Shown piece by piece: positions 19,436 through 27,897 of a stretch of DNA of 64,000 nt. The notes under the pieces are model-generated. The model was not told where the DNA came from. It searched no databases and saw only the letters and a program-made list of their open reading frames with translations. Source of the DNA: a bacterium (GTDB lineage Bacteria; Bacillota; Clostridia; Oscillospirales; Oscillospiraceae); NCBI GenBank assembly GCA_963625685.1, contig CAVFTR010000010.1, positions 1,710 to 65,709 of the forward strand. Reading direction: 5' to 3'. The translations under genes were made by a program, and so were the position numbers. The number at the start of each line of letters is the position of its first letter. Position 1 is the first letter of the stretch.

Positions 19436-20581
19436 ATGAAAAAACTCTTTTTCGCCGCGCTGGGCCTTGTCCTGCTGACAAGTCCGGTGTACGCAATAGA
19501 CTCGCTTTCCGGCGGCGATATCGGGGTCTCCGCGCCCTCGGCCGTGCTCATGGAGAAGGTGACAGGCCAGGTCATATACGAAAAATCACCGCATGAGAGG
19601 CTCGCTCCGGCGAGCGTTACGAAGGTCATGACGATGCTGCTCATCGTCGAGGCGATAGAGCGCGGCGAGATGAGCCTTGACGACACGGTCACGGCGTCCG
19701 AGCGGGCCGCCTCCTTCGGCGGGAGCTGCGTTTATCTCGAGCAGGGCGAGAAAATGAGCGTCGGCGAGATGCTCAAGTGCATATGCGTGGTCTCGGCAAA
19801 CGACTGCGCCGTGGCAATGGCCGAGCACATGTGCGGAACCGAGCAGGCCTTCGTCTCGCGCATGAACGGGCGTGCGCGAGAGCTCGGGCTCGAGGATACG
19901 CACTTTGAAAACTGCACGGGGCTTTTTGACGATGACGGGCACTACACGAGCGCCTATGACGTCGCCGTCATGAGCCGCGAGCTCATACGTCACGACATGA
20001 TAAAGCAGTACTCGACCATATGGATCGACAGCATACGCGGCGGCCGGTTCGGTCTTTCAAACACGAATAAGCTCGTTTACTATTACGACGGCTGCACGGG
20101 GCTCAAGACCGGCTTCACGGAAAAGGCCATGTACTGCCTTTCGGCCACTGCCGAGCGCGACGGTGTGGAGTATATCGCCGTCGTCATGCACGCCGCCTCC
20201 TCCGATGCACGGAACTCCGACGCGATGGCTCTTTTAAGCTACGCCTTTGCAAACTACCGCCTGCTGCCTCTCAGGTCTCCCGACGTGCTGCCGCCTGTGC
20301 GCGTGAGCCTCGGCGAGGCCGACAGCGTGCAGCCTGTATATGACGGCGCGCAGGCCGCGCTTGTTCCCAAAAGCGGCACGGGAGAAGTGAGCTATGATAT
20401 CCAGCTGCCCGATTCGGTCGCGGCGCCCGTGGCAAGTGGACAGCGGCTTGGAACGCTCAGCATTTCCTCCGGCGGCAGGACGCTTTTTTCCGTTCCGCTC
20501 GTCTCCGACTGCGCCGTCGGCAGGGCGGACTTCGCCTCGACGCTGCTGGAGCTCCTCAAAGGCTACGTGATGCAGGGATGA
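19436..20581 (+). CDS. D-alanyl-D-alanine carboxypeptidase (serine-type, PBP5/DacB/DacF-like)
   Basis: 381 aa with a signal peptide. The SxxK motif is PASVTK. SAN (VSANDC) and KTG (LKTGFT) are also present. Confidence 0.85.
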   Translation: MKKLFFAALGLVLLTSPVYAIDSLSGGDIGVSAPSAVLMEKVTGQVIYEKSPHERLAPASVTKVMTMLLIVEAIERGEMSLDDTVTASERAASFGGSCVYLEQGEKMSVGEMLKCICVVSANDCAVAMAEHMCGTEQAFVSRMNGRARELGLEDTHFENCTGLFDDDGHYTSAYDVAVMSRELIRHDMIKQYSTIWIDSIRGGRFGLSNTNKLVYYYDGCTGLKTGFTEKAMYCLSATAERDGVEYIAVVMHAASSDARNSDAMALLSYAFANYRLLPLRSPDVLPPVRVSLGEADSVQPVYDGAQAALVPKSGTGEVSYDIQLPDSVAAPVASGQRLGTLSISSGGRTLFSVPLVSDCAVGRADFASTLLELLKGYVMQG

Positions 20582-20709
20582 TCGCTCCACTTTTGCGTTC
20601 ATTTTGCAAAAATATCGCGCTGCATCCCCCACCACGACATGTTCTCCTTGCTTTTTCATGCATTGGGTGTATAATATAGGATCATAAATCACCACACGGA
20701 GGGATAATC

Positions 20710-21984
20710 ATGGTCAAGGTCGATCTATCGGGAACTTCCGCGTTTTTTGACCCGGCGGAGCTTGATTTTGCAGCTGCCGCGGCGGCGCACAGAACGCTCG
20801 GCGACAAGAGCGGAGCGGGCAGCGAATTTACCGGCTGGCTCGAGCTTCCGCAGCGCATACGCGACGGCGAGCTCAAGGCGATACTCTCTGCGGCGCAGCG
20901 CATACGCGGCCGCTCGAAGGCGCTCGTCGTTATCGGCATAGGCGGCTCGTATCTCGGCGCGCGCGGCGCGATAGAGCTCCTGCGCCCCGTCCCCTCGGAG
21001 AACGATCCCAGGATATTCTTCGTCGGAAACGGCCTTTCGCCCGACGCGCTGAGCGATACGATCGCGCAGCTCGGCGACGCGGACTTCGATGTAAACGTCA
21101 TATCCAAGTCCGGCACGACGCTCGAGCCGGCGCTGGCCTTCCGCGTTTTCAGAAAAATGCTGCGCGATAGGTACGGCACGGCCGCGAAAAAGCACATCTT
21201 CGCAACGACCGACGCGCATCGCGGCGCGCTCAAGTCCCTGGCCGACGCCGAGGGCTGGGAGTGCTTCGTCGTCCCCGACGACGTGGGCGGCAGATACAGC
21301 GTGCTGTCGGCGGTCGGCCTGCTGCCGATGGCGGTCGCCGGCATAGACATAAAGGCCGTCATAAGCGCCGCCATAGCCGCCTTCAAGGAGCTCGACCTGC
21401 GCTCGCCGGAAAACCCCGCCTGGCAGTACGCGGCGGCAAGGCAGTACCTCTACGGCCACGGCCGCGGCATCGAGATACTCGGCTGCTACGAGCCGTCGTT
21501 CCGCTTCATGGCCGAGTGGTGGAAGCAGCTGTACGGCGAGAGCGAGGGCAAGAACGGCATAGGCATCTTCCCCGCCTCGGTCGAATTCACCGCCGACCTG
21601 CACTCGATGGGCCAGTACATACAGGACGGGCCGCGCACGCTGATGGAGACGGTCGTGCGCTTTGAAAAAGCGCGCAGCAGCGTCTCCGTGCCCTTTGAGA
21701 TGGGCGATCCGGACGGGCTGAACTACCTCGCGGGCAAGGACTATGCGGATATCTGCCGCACGGCATCCGACGCCGTGAAGGCCGCGCACATATCCGGCGG
21801 CGTTCCGAACATCGGCATAAGCGTTCCGGCGCGGGACGAGGCGGGCTTTGCCGAGCTCGTGTGCTTTTTCGAGCTCGCCTGCGCGATCTCCGGCTACATG
21901 TCGGGCGTGAATCCCTTCGACCAGCCCGGCGTCGAGGCCTATAAAAAGAATATGTTCCGCATGCTCGGCAAGCCGGGCACCTGA
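20710..21984 (+). CDS. pgi: glucose-6-phosphate isomerase
   Basis: 424 aa with IGIGGSYLG, SKSGTT and GGRYSV motifs. RBS GGAGGG. Confidence 0.9.
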   Translation: MVKVDLSGTSAFFDPAELDFAAAAAAHRTLGDKSGAGSEFTGWLELPQRIRDGELKAILSAAQRIRGRSKALVVIGIGGSYLGARGAIELLRPVPSENDPRIFFVGNGLSPDALSDTIAQLGDADFDVNVISKSGTTLEPALAFRVFRKMLRDRYGTAAKKHIFATTDAHRGALKSLADAEGWECFVVPDDVGGRYSVLSAVGLLPMAVAGIDIKAVISAAIAAFKELDLRSPENPAWQYAAARQYLYGHGRGIEILGCYEPSFRFMAEWWKQLYGESEGKNGIGIFPASVEFTADLHSMGQYIQDGPRTLMETVVRFEKARSSVSVPFEMGDPDGLNYLAGKDYADICRTASDAVKAAHISGGVPNIGISVPARDEAGFAELVCFFELACAISGYMSGVNPFDQPGVEAYKKNMFRMLGKPGT

Positions 21985-21988
21985 CAGC

Positions 21989-22023
21989 AAAGCGTCGATT
22001 TTCATCGGCGCTTTTATTTTTTA
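21989..22023 (+). terminator. rho-independent terminator of pgi
   Basis: AAAGCGTCGAT-TTTC-ATCGGCGCTTT followed by TATTTTTT. Confidence 0.65.
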
Positions 22024-22117
22024 TTAACACTTTTACTCTTGCTTTACATGCGGAAAAATGTTAATCTTAGTGCAACAGATAACTTAAACCTAACAACTGA
22101 AAAGGAGAGTGATCAAA

Positions 22118-22531
22118 ATGGTTAAGTTGATCATGGGTCTGAAGGGCAGCGGCAAGACCAAGCGTCTGGTCGATCTCGTCCGGGAGGCTGTCGCCATGGA
22201 AAACGGCGACGTTGTCTGCATCGAAAAGGAAAAGAAGCTCACATTCGATATTCCCTATCAGGCCCGTCTTATCGAAGCCGGCTCTTACGACATCGGCTCC
22301 TATGAATTTATAAAGGGCTTCATCTGCGGCCTGCATTCCGGCAACTATGACATAACCCACGTTTTTGTCGATAATTTCTACAAGATCGTAAGCAACAGGG
22401 ACCCCGTGATGTTCGGCGAATTCCTCGACTGGCTCGAGGGCTTCTCGGAGAGAGAAAACATTGAATTTGTTATCAGCGTTTCCGTCGACCCCGATACGGT
22501 CGGCGAGGCTATCAAAAAATATATGATCTGA
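22118..22531 (+). CDS. small P-loop protein of unknown function
   Basis: ORF track 22109..22531. ATG at 22118 follows AAAGGAGAG. Walker A GLKGSGKT is at residues 7-14. I recognise no other motif. Confidence 0.6.
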   Translation: MVKLIMGLKGSGKTKRLVDLVREAVAMENGDVVCIEKEKKLTFDIPYQARLIEAGSYDIGSYEFIKGFICGLHSGNYDITHVFVDNFYKIVSNRDPVMFGEFLDWLEGFSERENIEFVISVSVDPDTVGEAIKKYMI

Positions 22532-22537
22532 ACTGAA

Positions 22538-22572
22538 ATCGGGCGCAGCGGCACGGCTTCGCCCGATTTTTA
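22538..22572 (+). terminator. rho-independent terminator
   Basis: ATCGGGCG-loop-CGCCCGAT followed by TTTTAT. Confidence 0.65.
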
Positions 22573-22605
22573 TGAGGCCGGAATATTTAATGGAGGTGTT
22601 TTACC

Positions 22606-23853
22606 ATGATAATGGATTGCGAAAAATACGTCGGCAAATGCGTCTGCGGCAGAGAGCATGAGCTCGAGACGAAAAAGGTCGTCGTCGAATACGGCGCGAT
22701 AAGCAGCTTCGAGCAGTACATGGCCGATGTCGGCCTTGCCGGCAAAAAGCGTGCCGTTATCTACGACACGGTCATCTACAAGCTCACCGAGGGCAGGCAC
22801 GTCGCCGCCGATCAGGAGATAGTGCTCGAGGCAAACGGCCTTCGCGCCGAGGATACGGTCATCGAGGAGATGATGGAAAAGCTCGACTCCCCCGAGGTCA
22901 TCGTGGCCTACGGCGCGGGCACGATCATGGACTTCGGCCGCTATCCGGCGTACAAGCTCGGCATACCCTTCGTCGCCGTCCCGACCCTCGCCTCCTCCGA
23001 CGGCTTCACGGCGAATATCTGCTCGGCCATTTTAAACGGGCAGAAGAAATCGACCCCGATGTGCGCTCCAGTGCTCGTCGTTGCGGACCTCGATATCATA
23101 AAGGGCGCGCCGGCGCGCCTTATAGCGAGCGGCATAAACGACATCCTCTCGAAGTACATCTCCCTGTTCGACTGGAAGGTCTCGCAGCTCGTCGCGGGCG
23201 AGTACTACTGCCCGATGGTAGCCGAGCTTGCGCAGGAGGCGCTCGACATCATGCGCGAAGCGGCCGATAAATACGCCGCGACCGGCGTTGCCGACCACGA
23301 GGCGATGACCATGGCGCAGATGAAGAGCGGCCTTACGATGCAGCTGCTCAACCACTCGCGCGCGGCCTCGGGCGCCGAGCACCTGATGGCGCACCTTGTC
23401 GAGATGCAGCCGCCGCGCTTTGAAAAGGCCGAGGGCATCCACGGCGAGTGCGTCGGCGTCGGCACCTTCGCCTGCGTAAAGGAATATCACCGCCTGGCCT
23501 CCCTGCCCACGCCCAGGGCAAAGCCCTTTGAGCCTTTAAGCGAGCAGTGGATAAGGGATAAGTTCGGCGACAGGCTCGCGCCGGGCATAATAAAGGAAAA
23601 CGAAAACGACGTGCTCGCGACCTTCGATGCGCAGAGCATCGTCGAGCACTGGGACGAGATACGCGCCATGATAGACAAGATCCCCTCCGTTGAGGAGATG
23701 GAGACGCTCTATAAGGGCTGCGGCGCCAAATATCTGCCCGAGCATATCGGCATAGACCCCGCGCTCGAGCGGGAGATGCTGCCGATATCGGCGGCCATCC
23801 GCAACAGGCTCACCCTCGTGCGCATGCTGCGCGTCCTCGACTTCGGCGAATAA
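22606..23853 (+). CDS. sn-glycerol-1-phosphate dehydrogenase family (AraM/EgsA-like iron-type alcohol dehydrogenase fold)
   Basis: 415 aa with GAGTIMDFGR (GxGxxxD) and VPTLASSDGF motifs typical of G1PDH/AraM. RBS GGAGGTG. Confidence 0.7.
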   Translation: MIMDCEKYVGKCVCGREHELETKKVVVEYGAISSFEQYMADVGLAGKKRAVIYDTVIYKLTEGRHVAADQEIVLEANGLRAEDTVIEEMMEKLDSPEVIVAYGAGTIMDFGRYPAYKLGIPFVAVPTLASSDGFTANICSAILNGQKKSTPMCAPVLVVADLDIIKGAPARLIASGINDILSKYISLFDWKVSQLVAGEYYCPMVAELAQEALDIMREAADKYAATGVADHEAMTMAQMKSGLTMQLLNHSRAASGAEHLMAHLVEMQPPRFEKAEGIHGECVGVGTFACVKEYHRLASLPTPRAKPFEPLSEQWIRDKFGDRLAPGIIKENENDVLATFDAQSIVEHWDEIRAMIDKIPSVEEMETLYKGCGAKYLPEHIGIDPALEREMLPISAAIRNRLTLVRMLRVLDFGE

Positions 23854-23862
23854 TAAGGGCAT

Positions 23863-23898
23863 AAAAAATGCACCGTCAAAACAGACGGTGCATTTTTC
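23863..23898. terminator. bidirectional rho-independent terminator
   Basis: AAAAAATGCACCGTC-AAAACA-GACGGTGCATTTTTC. Confidence 0.75.
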
Positions 23899-23918
23899 AT
23901 TGATTGGGGGGATTTTGA

Positions 23919-24008
23919 TCAGAAGATGATCTTCAGCAGAAGCCAGATAATAGCTGCCTTACCAATCTTCTCATAATCGATCTCGGGAAGCTGCATCTTG
24001 TCGTTCAT
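23919..24008 (-). CDS. 29-aa micro-ORF (MNDKMQLPEIDYEKIGKAAIIWLLLKIIF), hypothetical
   Basis: Below the ORF-track size cutoff. A strong RBS GGAAGGAG lies 7 nt upstream of the ATG. The stop sits 20 nt upstream of the bidirectional terminator. The C-terminal half is hydrophobic. Confidence 0.4.
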   Translation of the reverse strand: MNDKMQLPEIDYEKIGKAAIIWLLLKIIF

Positions 24009-24319
24009 AGTAGTTCTCCTTCCACATATTTTTTCAAGGGGGGGATAGGCCTTTTCGGCCTGCTATCTATAAGGACGGAGAACAAGCCGTAATATTTCAC
24101 ATCAATTAAACTTTTTTTCAAAAATAATTTATTTTTAGAATTTTTGCGGACTTGAGTATGCCTCTCTCACGCTTTTCTTAACGGTGGAAAACACAGCCGC
24201 AAAAGTTAATTTTTTATCTCTGCCTTTTCTATTGCGCCAACCGTTTTTTGGTGATATACTCACTGAAAATATTATATATTTTAACTATTTAAAGCAGAAC
24301 AGAAAGGAGTGCGCAGGAA

Positions 24320-25750
24320 ATGTCAGAGATACATCTTTATTCGACGGCGGCACAGACGGGCAGAAGCCCTCAGACCTCGGAGGAAAGCCGCGCCTTCGAC
24401 ATACTTGCCGCGCAGAAGCGCTACTATGCCTCCGGCGCGACGCGGCCCGTGTCCTTCCGAAAGAAAATGCTCAGGGAGCTCAAAAGGGCTATAATCAAAA
24501 ATGACGAGCTCATATGCAGCGCGCTCATGTCCGATCTGCACAAGCATCCGTATGAGACCTATATGTGCGAGACGGGCCTCGTGCTCGAGGAGATCGAGCA
24601 CCACCTGCGCCATCTGTCGCGCTGGAGCGCAAGGCGGCTCGTCAGACCGTCCATGGCGCAGCTGCCCGGCATCTGCTTCGCCGCTCCCGAGCCCTACGGC
24701 TCGGTGCTCATAATGGCCCCGTGGAACTATCCGATACAGCTCTGCTTCATGCCGCTCATAGGCGCGATATCCTCCGGCAACTGCGCCGTCATAAAGCCCT
24801 CGGCCTATGCGCCCGGCAGCTCGCACGCCGTGCGCACGATAGTGGAAAGCGTGTTCCCTCCCGAATACGTCGCCGTCGTCGAGGGCGGGCGCGAGGAGAA
24901 CAAGGCTCTGCTCGAGGCGGATTTTGACTATATATTCTTCACCGGCAGCGCCGGCGTCGGCCGGAGCGTCATGGAGTCCGCCTCAAGACGGCTCATACCC
25001 GTCACGCTGGAGCTCGGCGGCAAAAGCCCCGTCATCGTCGACGAGACGGCAAACATCCGCCTCGCGGCGCGGAAGATCGCCTTCGGCAAGGTGCTCAACG
25101 CCGGACAGACCTGCGTAGCGCCGGACTATCTTCTCATACATGAGAGCGTCAAGGAGCGCTTTATCGCCGAATACAGAAGGGCGCTCGGCGAGTTTTTCCC
25201 GAACGGGGACATGTCGGACATGGTGCACATAGTCAATGCAAAGCATTTCGAGCGTCTGTGCGGGGTGCTCAGGAGCGGCCGCGCCGAGATAGGCGGCGGG
25301 GCCGATCCCGAAAGCCGCTTCATAGAGCCGACGCTGCTGACCGGACTCGCTCCCGATTCCCCCGCCATGAGCCGCGAGATATTCGGCCCGATACTGCCCG
25401 TTATAGGCTACTCGGAGCTCGACGAATGTATAGAATACATAAACGCAAGGCCAAAGCCGCTGGCGCTGTACCTCTTTTCGCAGAACGCGGCGGCGCAGAA
25501 AAAGCTGCTCGGCTCCTGCTCCTTCGGCGGCGGCTGCATAAACGACACGATAATGCATCTGGCAAACTCCAACGCGGCCTTCGGCGGCGTCGGCGCATCC
25601 GGCATGGGCTCGTACCACGGCAGGCAGAGCTTCGACACCTTCTCGCACTACAGAACGGTGCTCGAGAAGCACTCCCCCGCCGACGTGCCAATAAGATACT
25701 TCCCCTATTCAAAGAAGAAGGCCCTGCTCGCAAGAAAGATACTCGGCTAA
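24320..25750 (+). CDS. NAD(P)-dependent aldehyde dehydrogenase (ALDH3-like)
   Basis: 476 aa with catalytic ELGGKSP and NAGQTCVAPDY motifs. RBS AAAGGAG. Confidence 0.85.
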   Translation: MSEIHLYSTAAQTGRSPQTSEESRAFDILAAQKRYYASGATRPVSFRKKMLRELKRAIIKNDELICSALMSDLHKHPYETYMCETGLVLEEIEHHLRHLSRWSARRLVRPSMAQLPGICFAAPEPYGSVLIMAPWNYPIQLCFMPLIGAISSGNCAVIKPSAYAPGSSHAVRTIVESVFPPEYVAVVEGGREENKALLEADFDYIFFTGSAGVGRSVMESASRRLIPVTLELGGKSPVIVDETANIRLAARKIAFGKVLNAGQTCVAPDYLLIHESVKERFIAEYRRALGEFFPNGDMSDMVHIVNAKHFERLCGVLRSGRAEIGGGADPESRFIEPTLLTGLAPDSPAMSREIFGPILPVIGYSELDECIEYINARPKPLALYLFSQNAAAQKKLLGSCSFGGGCINDTIMHLANSNAAFGGVGASGMGSYHGRQSFDTFSHYRTVLEKHSPADVPIRYFPYSKKKALLARKILG

Positions 25751-25752
25751 TG

Positions 25753-25781
25753 AAAAAAGCACCCTTTGGGTGCTTTTTTCA
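25753..25781. terminator. bidirectional rho-independent terminator
   Basis: AAAAAAGCACCC-TTT-GGGTGCTTTTTT. Confidence 0.75.
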
Positions 25782-26618
25782 TCTTTTTCTCAGGTTTTCG
25801 AGCAGCTCGTAGGGGGCGGCGAGCTCGCCGCCGATGCCGCTGCCGAGGTGGATATGGGGCTTGTTTTTGCCGTGCCAGTCGCTGCCGGCGGTCGGGCACA
25901 GGCCGTATTTTTCCGCGGCGTCGAGATAATGCGCGACGACCTCGGGCGAGTAGCCGGAGTAGTAGCACTCAAGCCCCTCGACGCCGCAGGCGACGGCGCG
26001 CTCCATGAGCTCGGTAAAGCGCTCGGGCGTGAGCTTGTACTGCCGCGGGTGCGCGATAACGGGCCTGCCGCCGGCCGAGCGGATGAGCTCCGCCGCGTCC
26101 TCTACGCTCAAAAAGTGGCGGCGGATATAATATTTGCAGCCGGGGTCGAGCAGGTGCTCAAAGGCGTCCTGCACGCTTTCGGCAAGGCCCTGCTCAACGA
26201 GGCACAGCGCGAAATGCGGCCTGCCGATGGTGGAGCCGGGGTGCCTTGCCTGAAGCTCGTCGAGATCGATCCTCAGCCCGTCGCGGGCGAGCATGTCCAC
26301 CATTTTTCTGTTGCGCTCGTCGCGGTCGCGCACTATCCAGTCGAGCACCGGCGGCAGCTTTTTTGAGTTCACGTCGAGGTCGTAGCCGAGCATGTGCACC
26401 TCCCTGCCGTACCAGCCGCAGCCGAGCTCGATGCCGGGGACTATCTCGACGCCGTGCTCGAGCCCCGCTGTGCGCGCCTCGGCGACGCCGTTTACGCTGT
26501 CGTGGTCGGTTATGGCAATGGCCCGCAGGCCGAGCTCGCGGGCACAGCGCACCGTATCGGCCGGAGTTTCCGAGCCGTCGGATATATTCGTATGAACGTG
26601 AAGGTCAATTTCTCTCAC
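25779..26618 (-). CDS. PHP-domain phosphoesterase
   Basis: 279 aa. MREIDLHVHTNISDGS is the PHP motif I. Later ITDHD and HP motifs are present. Confidence 0.8.
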   Translation of the reverse strand: MREIDLHVHTNISDGSETPADTVRCARELGLRAIAITDHDSVNGVAEARTAGLEHGVEIVPGIELGCGWYGREVHMLGYDLDVNSKKLPPVLDWIVRDRDERNRKMVDMLARDGLRIDLDELQARHPGSTIGRPHFALCLVEQGLAESVQDAFEHLLDPGCKYYIRRHFLSVEDAAELIRSAGGRPVIAHPRQYKLTPERFTELMERAVACGVEGLECYYSGYSPEVVAHYLDAAEKYGLCPTAGSDWHGKNKPHIHLGSGIGGELAAPYELLENLRKR

Positions 26619-27883
26619 TTTTTTATCGTCTCCATTATCTTTTCAGCCTCGTCATAAATTTTCCGCGCGTCCTCGCCGATGAAAAATTCGCCGTTTTCGT
26701 ACAGGATGCGGCCGTTTACCATCGTAAGTCGCACGTTTTCCTTGCTTCCTGCGTACACGAGGTTCTTTGCGATGTTGTTTATCGGGCGCATGTTCGGGCG
26801 GCTGAGGTCGATCACGGCAATATCCGCCTTTTTCCCGACGGCGATGCCGTCGCAGCGGTCAAGTCCCATCGCCCTCGCGCCGCCTGTGCAGGCGGCCTCG
26901 AGCACGCGGTGTGCATCCACCGCCGAGGCGTCGCCCTCGCGGTATTTTGCGAGCACGCTCACAAGATACATCTCGCGGAACATGTCCAGGGCGTTATTTG
27001 AGCCCGCGCCGTCGGTGCCGATGGCAAGGGCTATGCCCTCGTCGAGAAAGCGCTTTACCGGCGCTATGCCGCTTGCGAGCTTGAGGTTGGAGGCCGGGTT
27101 CAGGACCGCCGTCAGGCCGCGGCGCCTGAATATCGCGATATCCTCCTGGCTCATATGCACGCAGTGGAACGCGCCGCCGCCGTAGTCGTACATGCCGAGG
27201 CTGTCGAAAAGCGCCGTCGGCGTCATGCCGTAGCGCTCGACGCAGCCGCGCACCTCGGAGGCCGTCTCCGAGGAGTGGACGAACATGGGCTCCTTATATT
27301 TCTGCACGAGCCGCGCGACAAACTGCATGCGCTCCATGCTCGTCGTATACTCTGCGTGAAAGCCCAGGCGGTATGAGATGAGCTCGTGCGTTTTGTTATA
27401 TTTCAGGAACTTCTCCTCCAGCAGCGTATAGTCGCTGTCGAAGTTGTTCATATCGCCGCAGAGCACGGCGCGAAAGCCGGAGTCTATGCAGGCGGAGACG
27501 AAGGCGTCGTTGTGAAAATACATGTCAAAGCAGCTCGTTATGCCGCTTGAGAGATATTCCATGACGGCAAGGCGCGTCATGACATACAGCCCGTCGGGGC
27601 TGAGGCGCGCCTCCCTCGGCCAGACCTGCTCGCTGAGCCATTTATCCAGCGGCATATCGTCGGCAAGAGAGCGCAGGAAGGTCATGCCCGAGTGCGTGTG
27701 CGCGTTTTTAAAGCCCGGTATGAGCAGGTCGCCGCGGAGATCTATCTCACGCTCAAACTCCGGCAGGCGTCCGGGGGCGGCTCCGACATGGCATATCTCT
27801 CCGCCGTCCGTCCATACCTCGGCCTCCGATATCACGGCCTCCGGCGCAAAGCTCAGCACCCGTCCGTTATAGAAGCGTATCAT
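26615..27883 (-). CDS. amidohydrolase, MtaD-like (5-methylthioadenosine/S-adenosylhomocysteine deaminase family)
   Basis: 422 aa with metal-binding PGFKNAHTH, plus later HCVH and GTDG motifs. 4-nt overlap with the PHP gene. Confidence 0.75.
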   Translation of the reverse strand: MIRFYNGRVLSFAPEAVISEAEVWTDGGEICHVGAAPGRLPEFEREIDLRGDLLIPGFKNAHTHSGMTFLRSLADDMPLDKWLSEQVWPREARLSPDGLYVMTRLAVMEYLSSGITSCFDMYFHNDAFVSACIDSGFRAVLCGDMNNFDSDYTLLEEKFLKYNKTHELISYRLGFHAEYTTSMERMQFVARLVQKYKEPMFVHSSETASEVRGCVERYGMTPTALFDSLGMYDYGGGAFHCVHMSQEDIAIFRRRGLTAVLNPASNLKLASGIAPVKRFLDEGIALAIGTDGAGSNNALDMFREMYLVSVLAKYREGDASAVDAHRVLEAACTGGARAMGLDRCDGIAVGKKADIAVIDLSRPNMRPINNIAKNLVYAGSKENVRLTMVNGRILYENGEFFIGEDARKIYDEAEKIMETIKK

Positions 27884-27897
27884 TCGTTCATCCTCGT

